Below, piece after piece: positions 16,414-25,110 of a stretch of 64,000 bases of DNA; the first letter of the stretch is position 1; every line of letters begins with the position of its first letter. This stretch comes from Anaerolineales bacterium. GTDB lineage: Bacteria > Chloroflexota > Anaerolineae > Anaerolineales > UBA4823. The notes below the pieces were generated by a model, which worked only from the letters and a program-made list of their open reading frames with translations, was not told where the DNA came from and made no database searches. Both the position numbers and the translations under genes were made by a program. The DNA is taken from the NCBI GenBank assembly GCA_035341015.1, contig DAOQUL010000005.1:10812-74811 (forward strand). The letters are read 5' to 3'.

Positions 16414-19304
16414 GCTTCACCGTTTCGCGTGCTGTTCGTTTTCGGAACCGGCGGCGCAGCCGGGCGCAGCGCCAACCGTCTGGACGGTTTGGGCTGGGTT
16501 GCAGCACCCTGTTGAGCTTATCCCTGGCTTTGATCTTCCTGGCAGCCCTGGCGGGTTATACCACTTTGCTGCGTGACCTGCCCTCTTTGGATGAACTGCC
16601 GGTCTTGTTAGACCCCCCAGATGGCTTACTGCTCCAACCTACCCGTATATACGACCGCAGCGGCGAACACCTGATCCTGGAAATGGAGAACCCTGCTGTG
16701 GAAGAGCGCCGCTATTTGCTGGTCAGCGGCGAGAACCTGGGGGATGAGCCCGTGCAGCCTGAGGCGGTCATTGGGGCAACCCTGGCCAGCCTGGACCCTA
16801 CGTTTTGGGAAAATCCTGGTTACCGCCTGGAAGGCTGGAACACGGGTACGCACCCCACCCTGGCACAACGCCTGGTGATTGACATGCTGTTGTGGGATGA
16901 GCCGCCCTCGGTGCTGCGGAACCTGCGCGAGCGCCTGCTGGCGGCCCAATTGGTCAGCCGGTTTGGACGCGCCAGGGTGCTGGAATGGTACCTGAACAGC
17001 GCCTGCTACGGCGAGTGGATCTATGGGGTTGAGAACGCTGCCCAGGTATATTTTGGCAAATCTGCGGCGCATCTCACCCCGGCAGAGGCCGCCACCCTGG
17101 CGGCAGTGGCTGAAGCGCCCGATATCAACCCTTGGGCTGCGTCTGAGGTGGTGCGCCAACGCCAGAAGCAGATCTTGCAGACGATGATGCTGTCTGGCTG
17201 GCTGAGCGTGGATGAGGTGCTGGCGGCTGATGAAAAAGCCGTTACCTACCAGCCAGCCCAAGCGGCAGAAAACCTGGCGCCGGCTTTTGTGGAGCTGCTG
17301 CTGGCGCAGTTGCAGCCAGAAGCCCCAGAGCAGGTGATCCAGCGCGGCGGTTTGCGCATCGTGACCACGCTGGATTACGATTTGCAATTGCAGGTGACAT
17401 GTGCCACGGTGGCTCACCTGAGCCTGATAACAGGCCAGGGCACGGTCGATGAGACTGCCGGCGAAAGCGCGTGCGATGCGGCGCGTTTGCTGCCCACCTT
17501 GCAATTGGATGCCAACGCAGCGCAGCTTGATTTGAATGCCAGCGTGGTCGTTTATGACCCGCATACCGGGCAAGTGCTGGCATTGGCCAGTGACCCAGCG
17601 GACGAGGCGACGGCTCTGCGCTCACCCGGACGCCCGGCTGGGACTTTACTTTCTCCCTTTGTGTACCTGACTGGCTTCACGCGTGGGCTGAGCCCGGCCT
17701 CTTTGCTGTGGGATTTGCCACCCGAAGATGAGGCCGAACCCACCCCAGATGCAGATTACCATGGCCCGCTGCGCTTGCGGACTGCCCTGGCTAACGATTA
17801 CCTGCCGCCGGCCTTGCAAGTGTTAGAGCAGGTGGGGGTTGAGAATGCCTGGCGCACAGCCCGCCAGTTCGGCCTGGCTTCGCTGACGCGTCCGGCCCTG
17901 CAAACCGGCAGTGCGGCTTTCTTAGATGGGCCGGCGACCTTGTTGGAGAGCGCCCAGGCTTATGGCGTGTTGGCGTACCAGGGCCTGTTGGTGGGGCAGG
18001 CAGAACAGGCTGCGGGAGAGGATGGCGCGGCTTTGCAACCTCAACTGGCATTAAGGGTCGAAGATGCCAATGGCAGCCTGTGGCTGGGCTGGCCTGAGGC
18101 GCAGTCGCGGGCGATTGTGACCCCACAACTGGCTTATCTATTGACGCATGTGCTCAGCGATGAGACGGCCCGCTGGCCCAGCCTGGGGCATCCCAATGCG
18201 CTGGAGATTGGCCGTCCGGCAGGGGCCAAGCTGGGCCGCTCGTTGGACGGCATGGATGTTTGGACGGTGGGCTATACGCCCCAATTGGTGGTCAGTGTGT
18301 GGGTGGGCCGTTCGAGCAGCGTAGAGACTTCTGCCGGGCTGCGGCCGTTGGATCCAGAACTGGCAGCGGCCTTGTGGCATGCTGTGCTGCAATTTGCGCT
18401 GCGCGGCCAGCCGGCAGAAGCCTGGAAGGCCCCGGTGGGTGTGAGCCAGGTGATGGTGTGCGATCCATCCGGCTTGCTGCCCACCGCCGACTGCCCCAGC
18501 GTGGTCAGCGAGGTGTTTTTGACGGGCAGTGAACCTGTTCAGGCCGATTATCTCTACCAGCGCGTGCAGGTTAACCGTGAGACTGGCCGACTGGCAACCG
18601 TATTCACGCCGGCCGATTTGATTGAGGAACGCCTATACTTGCGCCTGCCGCCTCAAGCCTATGCTTGGGCAGCGCGGGCAGGGCTTGCGGTGCCGCCGGA
18701 TGATTATGATGTTTTGTATGAGCCGCCGCTGCTGGAGGGGGTGCGGATCAGCGCGCCTGAAATGTTTGCCCATGTGAGCGGAGAGGTTACTTTTCGCGGC
18801 ACGGCCAGCGGCGCTGATTTTGCGTATTACCGTTTGCAAGTGGGGCAGGGTCTGAATCCTCAAACCTGGACCCTGGTTGGAGAAGATGTGCACAAGCCTG
18901 TGAAAGATGGCATTTTGGGCACCTGGGATACAAGCGCCTTGAGTGGGCTATATGCTGTGCAACTGCTGGTTGTTGAAGGTAGCCAACGCGTGCAAACAGC
19001 CATCTTGCAGGTGACGGTGGACAACCAGGCTCCAGAAGTAACGATCCTATACCCGCAGGCTGGGGACTCGCTTGCATTTGGCGATGATGGGGATGGTGTG
19101 CTGCTGCAGGCCCAGGCCTCTGACGACCTGGAATTGGCCCAGGTGGTCTTTTATATTGATGAGAAACCCGTGGTAACGCTTTCTCAGCCGCCCTTTACCG
19201 TGTTGTGGGCGCCGAGCCTGGGTGAACATACGCTGCGTGTGGCGGCAACTGACCTGGCAGGCAATACCAGCCAGGAAGAAATTACCTTCACGATCCAGCG
19301 ATAA
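16410..19304 (+). CDS. Class A penicillin-binding-protein-like protein (GT51 plus transpeptidase folds, catalytic motifs degenerate) with C-terminal Ig-like domains
   Basis: 964 aa; the ATG overlaps the recN stop (ATGA). N-terminal TM helix. The GT51 region is recognisable (RNLRERLLAAQL...LEWYLNSACYGEWIYGVENAAQVYFGKSAAHLTPAEAATLAAV). Expected catalytic motifs read SLDPTFW (not ED), TLLS (not SxxK) and KLG (not KTG). Confidence 0.75.
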   Translation: MSFTVSRAVRFRNRRRSRAQRQPSGRFGLGCSTLLSLSLALIFLAALAGYTTLLRDLPSLDELPVLLDPPDGLLLQPTRIYDRSGEHLILEMENPAVEERRYLLVSGENLGDEPVQPEAVIGATLASLDPTFWENPGYRLEGWNTGTHPTLAQRLVIDMLLWDEPPSVLRNLRERLLAAQLVSRFGRARVLEWYLNSACYGEWIYGVENAAQVYFGKSAAHLTPAEAATLAAVAEAPDINPWAASEVVRQRQKQILQTMMLSGWLSVDEVLAADEKAVTYQPAQAAENLAPAFVELLLAQLQPEAPEQVIQRGGLRIVTTLDYDLQLQVTCATVAHLSLITGQGTVDETAGESACDAARLLPTLQLDANAAQLDLNASVVVYDPHTGQVLALASDPADEATALRSPGRPAGTLLSPFVYLTGFTRGLSPASLLWDLPPEDEAEPTPDADYHGPLRLRTALANDYLPPALQVLEQVGVENAWRTARQFGLASLTRPALQTGSAAFLDGPATLLESAQAYGVLAYQGLLVGQAEQAAGEDGAALQPQLALRVEDANGSLWLGWPEAQSRAIVTPQLAYLLTHVLSDETARWPSLGHPNALEIGRPAGAKLGRSLDGMDVWTVGYTPQLVVSVWVGRSSSVETSAGLRPLDPELAAALWHAVLQFALRGQPAEAWKAPVGVSQVMVCDPSGLLPTADCPSVVSEVFLTGSEPVQADYLYQRVQVNRETGRLATVFTPADLIEERLYLRLPPQAYAWAARAGLAVPPDDYDVLYEPPLLEGVRISAPEMFAHVSGEVTFRGTASGADFAYYRLQVGQGLNPQTWTLVGEDVHKPVKDGILGTWDTSALSGLYAVQLLVVEGSQRVQTAILQVTVDNQAPEVTILYPQAGDSLAFGDDGDGVLLQAQASDDLELAQVVFYIDEKPVVTLSQPPFTVLWAPSLGEHTLRVAATDLAGNTSQEEITFTIQR

Positions 19305-19338
19305 AAAATCTGCGGGCCACCAGGCCCGCAGATTTTTT
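19303..19338. terminator. Bidirectional intrinsic terminator between convergent genes
   Basis: AAAAAATCTGCGGGCC-acca-GGCCCGCAGATTTTTT, with A/T runs on both sides. Confidence 0.85.
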
Positions 19339-19353
19339 ATATCACCAGTGTGT

Positions 19354-21036
19354 TTATAGATCGCCCACCAGGAAGGTGTTCCAGATGGTGTCTACAATTG
19401 TGGTCTCGCCCTTGGGCACCTGGACGATGACCAGGATGATGGCGGCGGTGGGGGTATCAATCGGCACAGCCGAGAGTACGTAGGTATCAAAGCCACCAGT
19501 ACCGCCGCAGTTATAGAACGCATCGTACTTGCCGCGGTAGATGCCGTCGTTGTAATCATAACGCCCACTGTACTTACAGCCATCGAGGTACGTGCCGTTG
19601 TAGTAGTCCAGGAACTGCACGTAGCCGCCGATCTGGGCAAAGGTGGCTGATGCGCCGAAGAACACACCGGGGGCATCATAGTAATCGAAGAAGTCAGCAT
19701 TACTGGGCGCCGCCGAGATCGCTACGCCAATCTCGTCCCCATCCCAGGTCCAAGAGCCGCCGTTAACGTCCCACCATTCCAGGGGCACATCGACCATAAT
19801 GGAGTAAGAGTCATCCAGGCAAGACATGTAACCGTAGTTGTCTTCTGATTCGAGGCAGTTGGCAGGCAGTGAAGCGGTATCGCCGCCGGTGTCACCACCG
19901 GTGTCGCCGCCGGTGCCGCCGCCAGCGAAGTAGCCGGTCAGCTCGATCTCGTCTCCATTGAGCTGGCCTTCCCACAGCGAAAGATCAGACCAGCGGATAA
20001 CCGTGACCGACATGGTATCGCCTGAGTTACGGCTGCGCAGCACATCACAGTAATCGGCCATGGTGCCATCCAGGCCCAGTACCTCATTCTCGATCATGTA
20101 GATGATATCGCCCGGCAGGATGCCGGCATTGTCAGCCGGCGAGCCAGAGGCCACAGAACGCACCCACACGCCCGAGATGGGATCTTCGTTGATCGTGCCG
20201 TAAACCGCACCACCGTTCACGCCGATGGATTCGATGTTTTTGCCCAGGCGGAGCTGGTCGATGATGGGTAGGGCTTCGTCACGGCTGATGGCAAAGTTCT
20301 GGTCGGTTTCAGAGACGATGGCGTAATTGATCCCTACCAGGGCGCCGTTGGCATCCACCAGGGGGCCTCCCGAGTTACCGGGGTTGATCTTGGCGGTGTG
20401 TTCAATGACCGAGTCAACCGATGCCCAGCTTGTTTCGCCATCGGCTGAGGCCTTGGACACGATGCCATCGGTCAGCGTGAAGCGTGGATCACCCAGGGGG
20501 AAGCCGGCAGCATAAACTTGCTGCCCGACGTTGATCGTGCCATCTACCCATTGCATATAGGGGAATCCGTCGCCATCGATGTCGATTACAGCCAGGTCTG
20601 AACATTCTGAGACACCTAAAACCTTGGCGTTGTAGGTTTTGCTGGTGTCGCCGCCAACCCACACGCGCAGAATGGCGGCCCCGGTGACAACATGGTTGTT
20701 GGTGATGGCAATGCCAGACGGATCGATGATCACGCCTGAGCCACGTTTGCCTACATTAACATTCCAGCCAACCTCTGGGTCAATGAAGGTGCCTTCAGCC
20801 TCGATCTGAATGACAGCTCTTTCGACATCTCCCAGGCTGGATATCAGCAGGGGAGAGACGGTGGGAGCTGGGGGCTCGGTGGGGGGTGGAGGCTCAGTGG
20901 GTTGGGGCACATCTGTGGGGGGTGGGGGCTGCGTGGGGGAGGGGGCTGCCGTGGGGGTGCTGCCGCCACAAGCCAAGCTGACGATGATCACAATGTTCAT
21001 GAGCCACAATAAGGGCTTAAGCGGGTGTTTCTTCAT
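19354..21036 (-). CDS. Secreted trypsin-like (S1C/HtrA-like) serine protease with a PDZ domain and an unknown C-terminal domain
   Basis: 560 aa with AGGAG upstream. Lipoprotein-like signal (IVSLACGG), a PPPT-rich linker, TNNHVV (His), GNSGGPLVDANGALVGIN (Ser) and PDZ (GVWVRSVASGSPADNAGILPGDII). The last ~170 aa are Tyr/Gly/Asp/Cys-rich and unrecognised. Confidence 0.88.
   Translation of the reverse strand: MKKHPLKPLLWLMNIVIIVSLACGGSTPTAAPSPTQPPPPTDVPQPTEPPPPTEPPAPTVSPLLISSLGDVERAVIQIEAEGTFIDPEVGWNVNVGKRGSGVIIDPSGIAITNNHVVTGAAILRVWVGGDTSKTYNAKVLGVSECSDLAVIDIDGDGFPYMQWVDGTINVGQQVYAAGFPLGDPRFTLTDGIVSKASADGETSWASVDSVIEHTAKINPGNSGGPLVDANGALVGINYAIVSETDQNFAISRDEALPIIDQLRLGKNIESIGVNGGAVYGTINEDPISGVWVRSVASGSPADNAGILPGDIIYMIENEVLGLDGTMADYCDVLRSRNSGDTMSVTVIRWSDLSLWEGQLNGDEIELTGYFAGGGTGGDTGGDTGGDTASLPANCLESEDNYGYMSCLDDSYSIMVDVPLEWWDVNGGSWTWDGDEIGVAISAAPSNADFFDYYDAPGVFFGASATFAQIGGYVQFLDYYNGTYLDGCKYSGRYDYNDGIYRGKYDAFYNCGGTGGFDTYVLSAVPIDTPTAAIILVIVQVPKGETTIVDTIWNTFLVGDL
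19876..19923 (-). repeat. Four tandem 12-nt units inside the protease gene (encode GGGT-GGDT-GGDT-GGDT)
   Basis: The plus strand reads ggtatcgccgcc ggtgtcaccacc ggtgtcgccgcc ggtgccgccgcc. Confidence 0.8.
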
Positions 21037-21145
21037 CTCATTCTCCTTTTATTTGAGGGTCTGGGAAAATAGGAAACCTTGGAGCAATATTAACATAACC
21101 TTAGTTTACCATATAATTTTCAAAATGGGATAGGTTTGGGGGTAT

Positions 21146-21367
21146 TTACTCGGGCAGCCTCCAACAGCCGCGGTGGGGCTCATTGGCGCGCGGTACCAAT
21201 AAAACTTCACCCGCCTGGTTGGTCAGCACAGCCGCGGCAGCCACCTGGGGGTCAGGAAAGAAAACCCAGCCGCAGGCTGGGGAAATTGGACGCAAGCGGC
21301 CAAAGCGTTGTTCTTGGCTTAAGGGGGTTCTACAGCAGGGGCAGAAGTGCACCTGCTGTGCGATCAT
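21146..21367 (-). pseudogene. Truncated NUDIX hydrolase remnant (zinc-ribbon N-terminus only)
   Basis: 73 aa: CPCC...SPACGWVFFPDPQVAAAAVL..GEVLLVPRANEPHRGCWRLPE, then a stop. It ends just where the NUDIX box (GG..E...RE..EE.G) should begin. Only promoter-like AT-rich DNA follows. Confidence 0.5.
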
Positions 21368-22455
21368 GCCCGGCTTCCGCGCCGCAAAAGGAAGGCTGCC
21401 AGGCCAGTCACGACTGCCAGTGCACCCAGGACGATCTCAATTGTGAGCAGTGTGCCTGAGCGGCCAGTTGAAACTAGCGCGTCCCCTTCTCTTTCAGGTT
21501 GGGAGGTGGGCTGGTTTTCGATGGCGGTGGCTGGCTCTCCATCATCGGTGTCAACGGTGGGGGTTGGGGGGGGCGAGGTAGCGGTGGATTCGGGGGTGGC
21601 CGTATCCAAAAGGATAGCCAGGGCGGCGGCTTCGGCCGTCTCAGTAAAGGTGGGCATGGCCACGGTTGGGGTAAGTATGGTGGGGGTGGCTGTCGCTTCG
21701 GGGGTCATGGTGGGCGTGGCCGTGGCGGGCAGGGCGCGCGAAGTGGTGGCATCTTGGGTGGCGGCAATGGTGGGGGTAATTGGCTCTATGGGAAGGCTGG
21801 CAGAGATGCCAACGATGTCAACCGGGGCAGGTGAGGGCTCTACTGGTAACTCGATCGGTTCGTTAATGACCTCAGTGGGCACGATTTTTGCGCTTGGCTC
21901 TTCGCTGGGCAGGGCGCCACCCATTGCCAGGTTATCTGCCTCAGAGGCGGTGGGTAGTATCTGGGCGAAGGCAACGTCTGCCGTTTCTGTGACCAGCATT
22001 GTTTCTGCCACCACAGCAGCTTCTTGGGCCATTCCGGCATCGTTGACAGCGGCCTCTGGTTGAGGCGCCTCGAGCGCCACGGGCTGAGCATGCTCTGGCA
22101 TTGCATACTGTACAGCGCGGGGGGCTAACCCCAAGAAATCTCCCAACATCACCAATACCAAAAGCAAACTACTGACGGCTGATGCCAGGCTGAAAGCAGG
22201 GAAAAGCGGCCTGGGCTTAGGCTGCCGGGTGGTGACCATCTGCGGCGTCAAGACAAAACTGCGCGGGCGGCGCGGCCGGGGCAGGCTGCGCAGCAGTGAG
22301 CGGGTCTTTTGCAGGTCATCCAGGGTGGTCTGTAAGGCGGGGGTGGTGATCAGGCGCGCTTCCAGGCGGGCACGTTCTTTGCTGTTTAGCTGCCCGTCCA
22401 GGTAGGCTGAAAGTACTTCATAGTCGCGCGCGGATAATTGGGTTTTGATCATCAC
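21364..22455 (-). CDS. Anti-sigma factor (single-pass membrane, Thr/Pro/Ala-rich extracytoplasmic region)
   Basis: 363 aa; its start overlaps the sigma factor stop (GTGA). LSAYLDGQLNSKERARLEARL is the typical anti-sigma N-terminal helix. TM helix near residue 100. Confidence 0.8.
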   Translation of the reverse strand: MMIKTQLSARDYEVLSAYLDGQLNSKERARLEARLITTPALQTTLDDLQKTRSLLRSLPRPRRPRSFVLTPQMVTTRQPKPRPLFPAFSLASAVSSLLLVLVMLGDFLGLAPRAVQYAMPEHAQPVALEAPQPEAAVNDAGMAQEAAVVAETMLVTETADVAFAQILPTASEADNLAMGGALPSEEPSAKIVPTEVINEPIELPVEPSPAPVDIVGISASLPIEPITPTIAATQDATTSRALPATATPTMTPEATATPTILTPTVAMPTFTETAEAAALAILLDTATPESTATSPPPTPTVDTDDGEPATAIENQPTSQPEREGDALVSTGRSGTLLTIEIVLGALAVVTGLAAFLLRRGSRA

Positions 22456-23063
22456 ATCTCTCGGTTCTCATCATCATGACGAAATACCGCAGGTAAAAGT
22501 TCCCAGAAGCCTTTCAGGCAGTCGCGCATGCGCAGGCGGGCGCGCGCCAGCCTGCTCTTGACCGTGCCTAACGGTTTGCCCAAGGCCTGGGCGGCTTCGG
22601 TGTAATCCATGCCCTGGATATCTACCATTAATACGGCGGCGCGGAAGTCATCCGGAAGATGTTGCAGGCAGTGTTCAATCGCCTGGCGCAGTTCGCTGCG
22701 GTCCAGGGATTCTTCTGGCGAATCTTGCGGATCGACCATCCAGCGCGGGGATTCGATCTCTTCACCGCTGTCATCCAATGGCTCAAGGGGGGTGGTGGGC
22801 CGGCGTTGGCGCCTGCGCAGCTCATCATAGCAGGCATTGGTCACAATGCGCAGCAGCCAGGCGCGGAAAGAACCGCCGCGGTACGAGCGGATATGGTGAA
22901 AAGCCGAGATAAAGGCCTCTTGAGACGCGTCAGCAGCCGCGGCCTCATCCCCCATCATGCGATAGGCCTGGTGATACACCTGGTCTTGGTAGACTAAAAC
23001 CAGGTGATTGAATGAATCCAGATCACCCTGGCAGGCGGCCTGGATCAGAGCGGGCTCGTCCAT
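22452..23063 (-). CDS. ECF RNA polymerase sigma factor
   Basis: 203 aa. Region 2 (FNHLVLVYQDQVYHQAYRMMGDEAAAADASQEAFISAF...WLLRIVTNACYDELRRR) and region 4 (MDYTEAAQALGKPLGTVKSRLARAR). Confidence 0.93.
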   Translation of the reverse strand: MDEPALIQAACQGDLDSFNHLVLVYQDQVYHQAYRMMGDEAAAADASQEAFISAFHHIRSYRGGSFRAWLLRIVTNACYDELRRRQRRPTTPLEPLDDSGEEIESPRWMVDPQDSPEESLDRSELRQAIEHCLQHLPDDFRAAVLMVDIQGMDYTEAAQALGKPLGTVKSRLARARLRMRDCLKGFWELLPAVFRHDDENREM

Positions 23064-23166
23064 ACCGCATAATTGTAACCGAGAATTTTCTATGACAAGG
23101 GTTGATTCTGCCTTTTCTATTGCCCTTCTTGGTAAAGGCGATTACAATGCGACCCTGGAGAAGCCC

Positions 23167-23292
23167 ATGTCTGAGAGAAGCCGGAATATTTACCTATCTT
23201 GCCTGGTTCTGCTAATCGTAGTTTGCCTGTGCTCGAGCCTGTTGGTGGGGGGGCTGGCGGTACTGATGGCATTCCCTTCAATTGGCCTGTGA
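23167..23292 (+). CDS. Possible 41-aa single-TM membrane peptide
   Basis: GGAGAAG lies 5 nt upstream of the ATG at 23167. Sequence MSERSRNIYLSCLVLLIVVCLCSSLLVGGLAVLMAFPSIGL. I recognise no homology. Confidence 0.3.
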   Translation: MSERSRNIYLSCLVLLIVVCLCSSLLVGGLAVLMAFPSIGL

Positions 23293-23311
23293 GGTTGAGG
23301 AATTACCCGTT

Positions 23312-24004
23312 ATGCCACTTGATCTAAGCCGCATACAGGGGTTGTGTTTCGATGTCGATGGCACGCTCAGCGATACCGATGACCAGTTCGTACGGAAGCT
23401 GGTGCACTGGTTATCGCCTCTGCGCTTTGTCTTTCCTCAGCGTGACCCGCTGCCCTTTGCCAGGCGGGTGGTCATGGTCACTGAGAACCCGGCCAACTTC
23501 ATGGCAGGCGTGCCCGACCGGCTGGGCATTGACGGCGCCATTGCCGCGATGGGTGACTTTTTCTACCGCCAGGGGCTGGGCAAATCGGAGTCGCCTTTCT
23601 TGTTGATCGATGGGGTACGGGGCATGCTGGAGTGCCTGCTGCCACATTATCCGATGAGCGTGGTTACGGCGCGCGGCTTGCGCAGCACAGAGCGGTTCTT
23701 GGATCAGTTTGGGTTGAGGCCCTTTTTCCGCTGCGTGGCGGCTGCTCAAACCTGCAAACATACCAAGCCTTATCCCGACCCGATCTTGTGGGCGGCTGAG
23801 CAAATGGGGCTGCCCCCACAGGCTTGCCTGATGATCGGCGATACCACGGTGGATATGCGCGCCGGTAAGGCGGCTGGGGCTCAAACCGTGGGTGTGTTGT
23901 GCGGCTTTGGCGAAGAGGCAGAATTGAACTCGACCGGAGCAGACCTGATCCTGCCGAGCACATCTGCGCTCTCGGAAATCCTGTTAAACGTAAGTTCGCG
24001 ATAA
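23312..24004 (+). CDS. HAD-family hydrolase (phosphoglycolate-phosphatase-like)
   Basis: Trimmed to the ATG at 23312. Contains CFDVDGTLSDTDD (motif I), VVTARG, KPYPDP and IGDTTVDMRAG. Confidence 0.85.
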   Translation: MPLDLSRIQGLCFDVDGTLSDTDDQFVRKLVHWLSPLRFVFPQRDPLPFARRVVMVTENPANFMAGVPDRLGIDGAIAAMGDFFYRQGLGKSESPFLLIDGVRGMLECLLPHYPMSVVTARGLRSTERFLDQFGLRPFFRCVAAAQTCKHTKPYPDPILWAAEQMGLPPQACLMIGDTTVDMRAGKAAGAQTVGVLCGFGEEAELNSTGADLILPSTSALSEILLNVSSR

Positions 24005-24076
24005 AGTAACGATTTTGCATCATTTTTGGGCCTGTTGGGTATTGTATCTAAACCAAGGATTGGCTATAATCTATTT

Positions 24077-25024
24077 ATGAAGAAGTGGGGCTTATTGACC
24101 CTTACCCTGCTGGTGGGCCTGATGCTGCCCGGGCTGCTGACTTTGGCCCAGGGAGAAGATGCGCGTTACTTCCCTGAAACCGGCCACTGGGTGACTGGGG
24201 ATTTCCTGGCGATGTACAACAGCGTCCCAAACCCGCAGATGGTATTTGGCTACCCGATCACCGATGCATTTGTCGACCAGAATGGGATGCAAATCCAATA
24301 CTTCCAGCGGGCGCGTTTCGAGCTGCATCCTGAGATGCCCTTTGAGCCGCGGGTGATGTTGACGCTGTTGGGAGAGTACCTTTACCAGGTGGATGGACCG
24401 GGGGCTGTGGTACCCACTGCTTCAAACATGACGGCCTGTCGCCGCATCCCTGAAGATGGGCTGCCGGTCTGCTATGCCTTCTTGGAATTCTTTAACACCA
24501 ACGGTGGGATTGCCCAGTTTGGGTACCCAATCTCTGAGATCGAGATCCACGATGGTGTGATGGTGCAGTATTTCCAGCGGGCGCGTTTTGAATGGAAGCC
24601 TGATCTGCCCTCGGGCCAGCGTGTGGTGTTGACAGACCTGGGTGCTCGTTACTTCGATCTTTACGAGGATCCGATCCGTTTGCTGCCCAGCCAGGAGGGC
24701 GACAATATCCCCTACACGGTGATCAGCCTGAATGCACATGCTTTTGTGCGCCGGCCCAGCCTGGCATCCAGTGGTCATCAATTCGTGGATGTTGTGGTGC
24801 AAGATCAAAACTTGCGCCCGGCAGAAAATGTGACGGTCCAGGTCATTGTCCGCTTGCCAAACGGCGAGGGGTTGCGTTACGTGGCCTTGACCAATGAACA
24901 CGGGATGGCGACGCAGGATTTTCTGTTCAACGGACAGCCTGATGGAATCGCCGAGATCTTCATTATTGCTACCAGCTACGAACTGGAAGACCGGACCGTC
25001 ACATCTTTCAGCATCTGGCGGTAA
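24077..25024 (+). CDS. Secreted repeat protein (function unknown)
   Basis: Trimmed to MKKWGLLTLTLLVGLMLPGLLTLAQG. Two copies of a GYPI(T/S)...QYFQRARFE(L/W) module. Confidence 0.55.
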   Translation: MKKWGLLTLTLLVGLMLPGLLTLAQGEDARYFPETGHWVTGDFLAMYNSVPNPQMVFGYPITDAFVDQNGMQIQYFQRARFELHPEMPFEPRVMLTLLGEYLYQVDGPGAVVPTASNMTACRRIPEDGLPVCYAFLEFFNTNGGIAQFGYPISEIEIHDGVMVQYFQRARFEWKPDLPSGQRVVLTDLGARYFDLYEDPIRLLPSQEGDNIPYTVISLNAHAFVRRPSLASSGHQFVDVVVQDQNLRPAENVTVQVIVRLPNGEGLRYVALTNEHGMATQDFLFNGQPDGIAEIFIIATSYELEDRTVTSFSIWR

Positions 25025-25043
25025 GTTCCTTTTGATGGATGAG

Positions 25044-25087
25044 AAAGCGCTTGGGGCGGTCCATATTGGCACCGCCCCAAGCGCTTT
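25044..25087. terminator. Bidirectional terminator between convergent genes
   Basis: AAAGCGCTTGGGGCGGT-ccatattggc-ACCGCCCCAAGCGCTTT forms a 17-bp stem followed by TTT. Confidence 0.8.
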
Positions 25088-25110
25088 TTAGGCCAAATTT
25101 CTCTGGTGGT

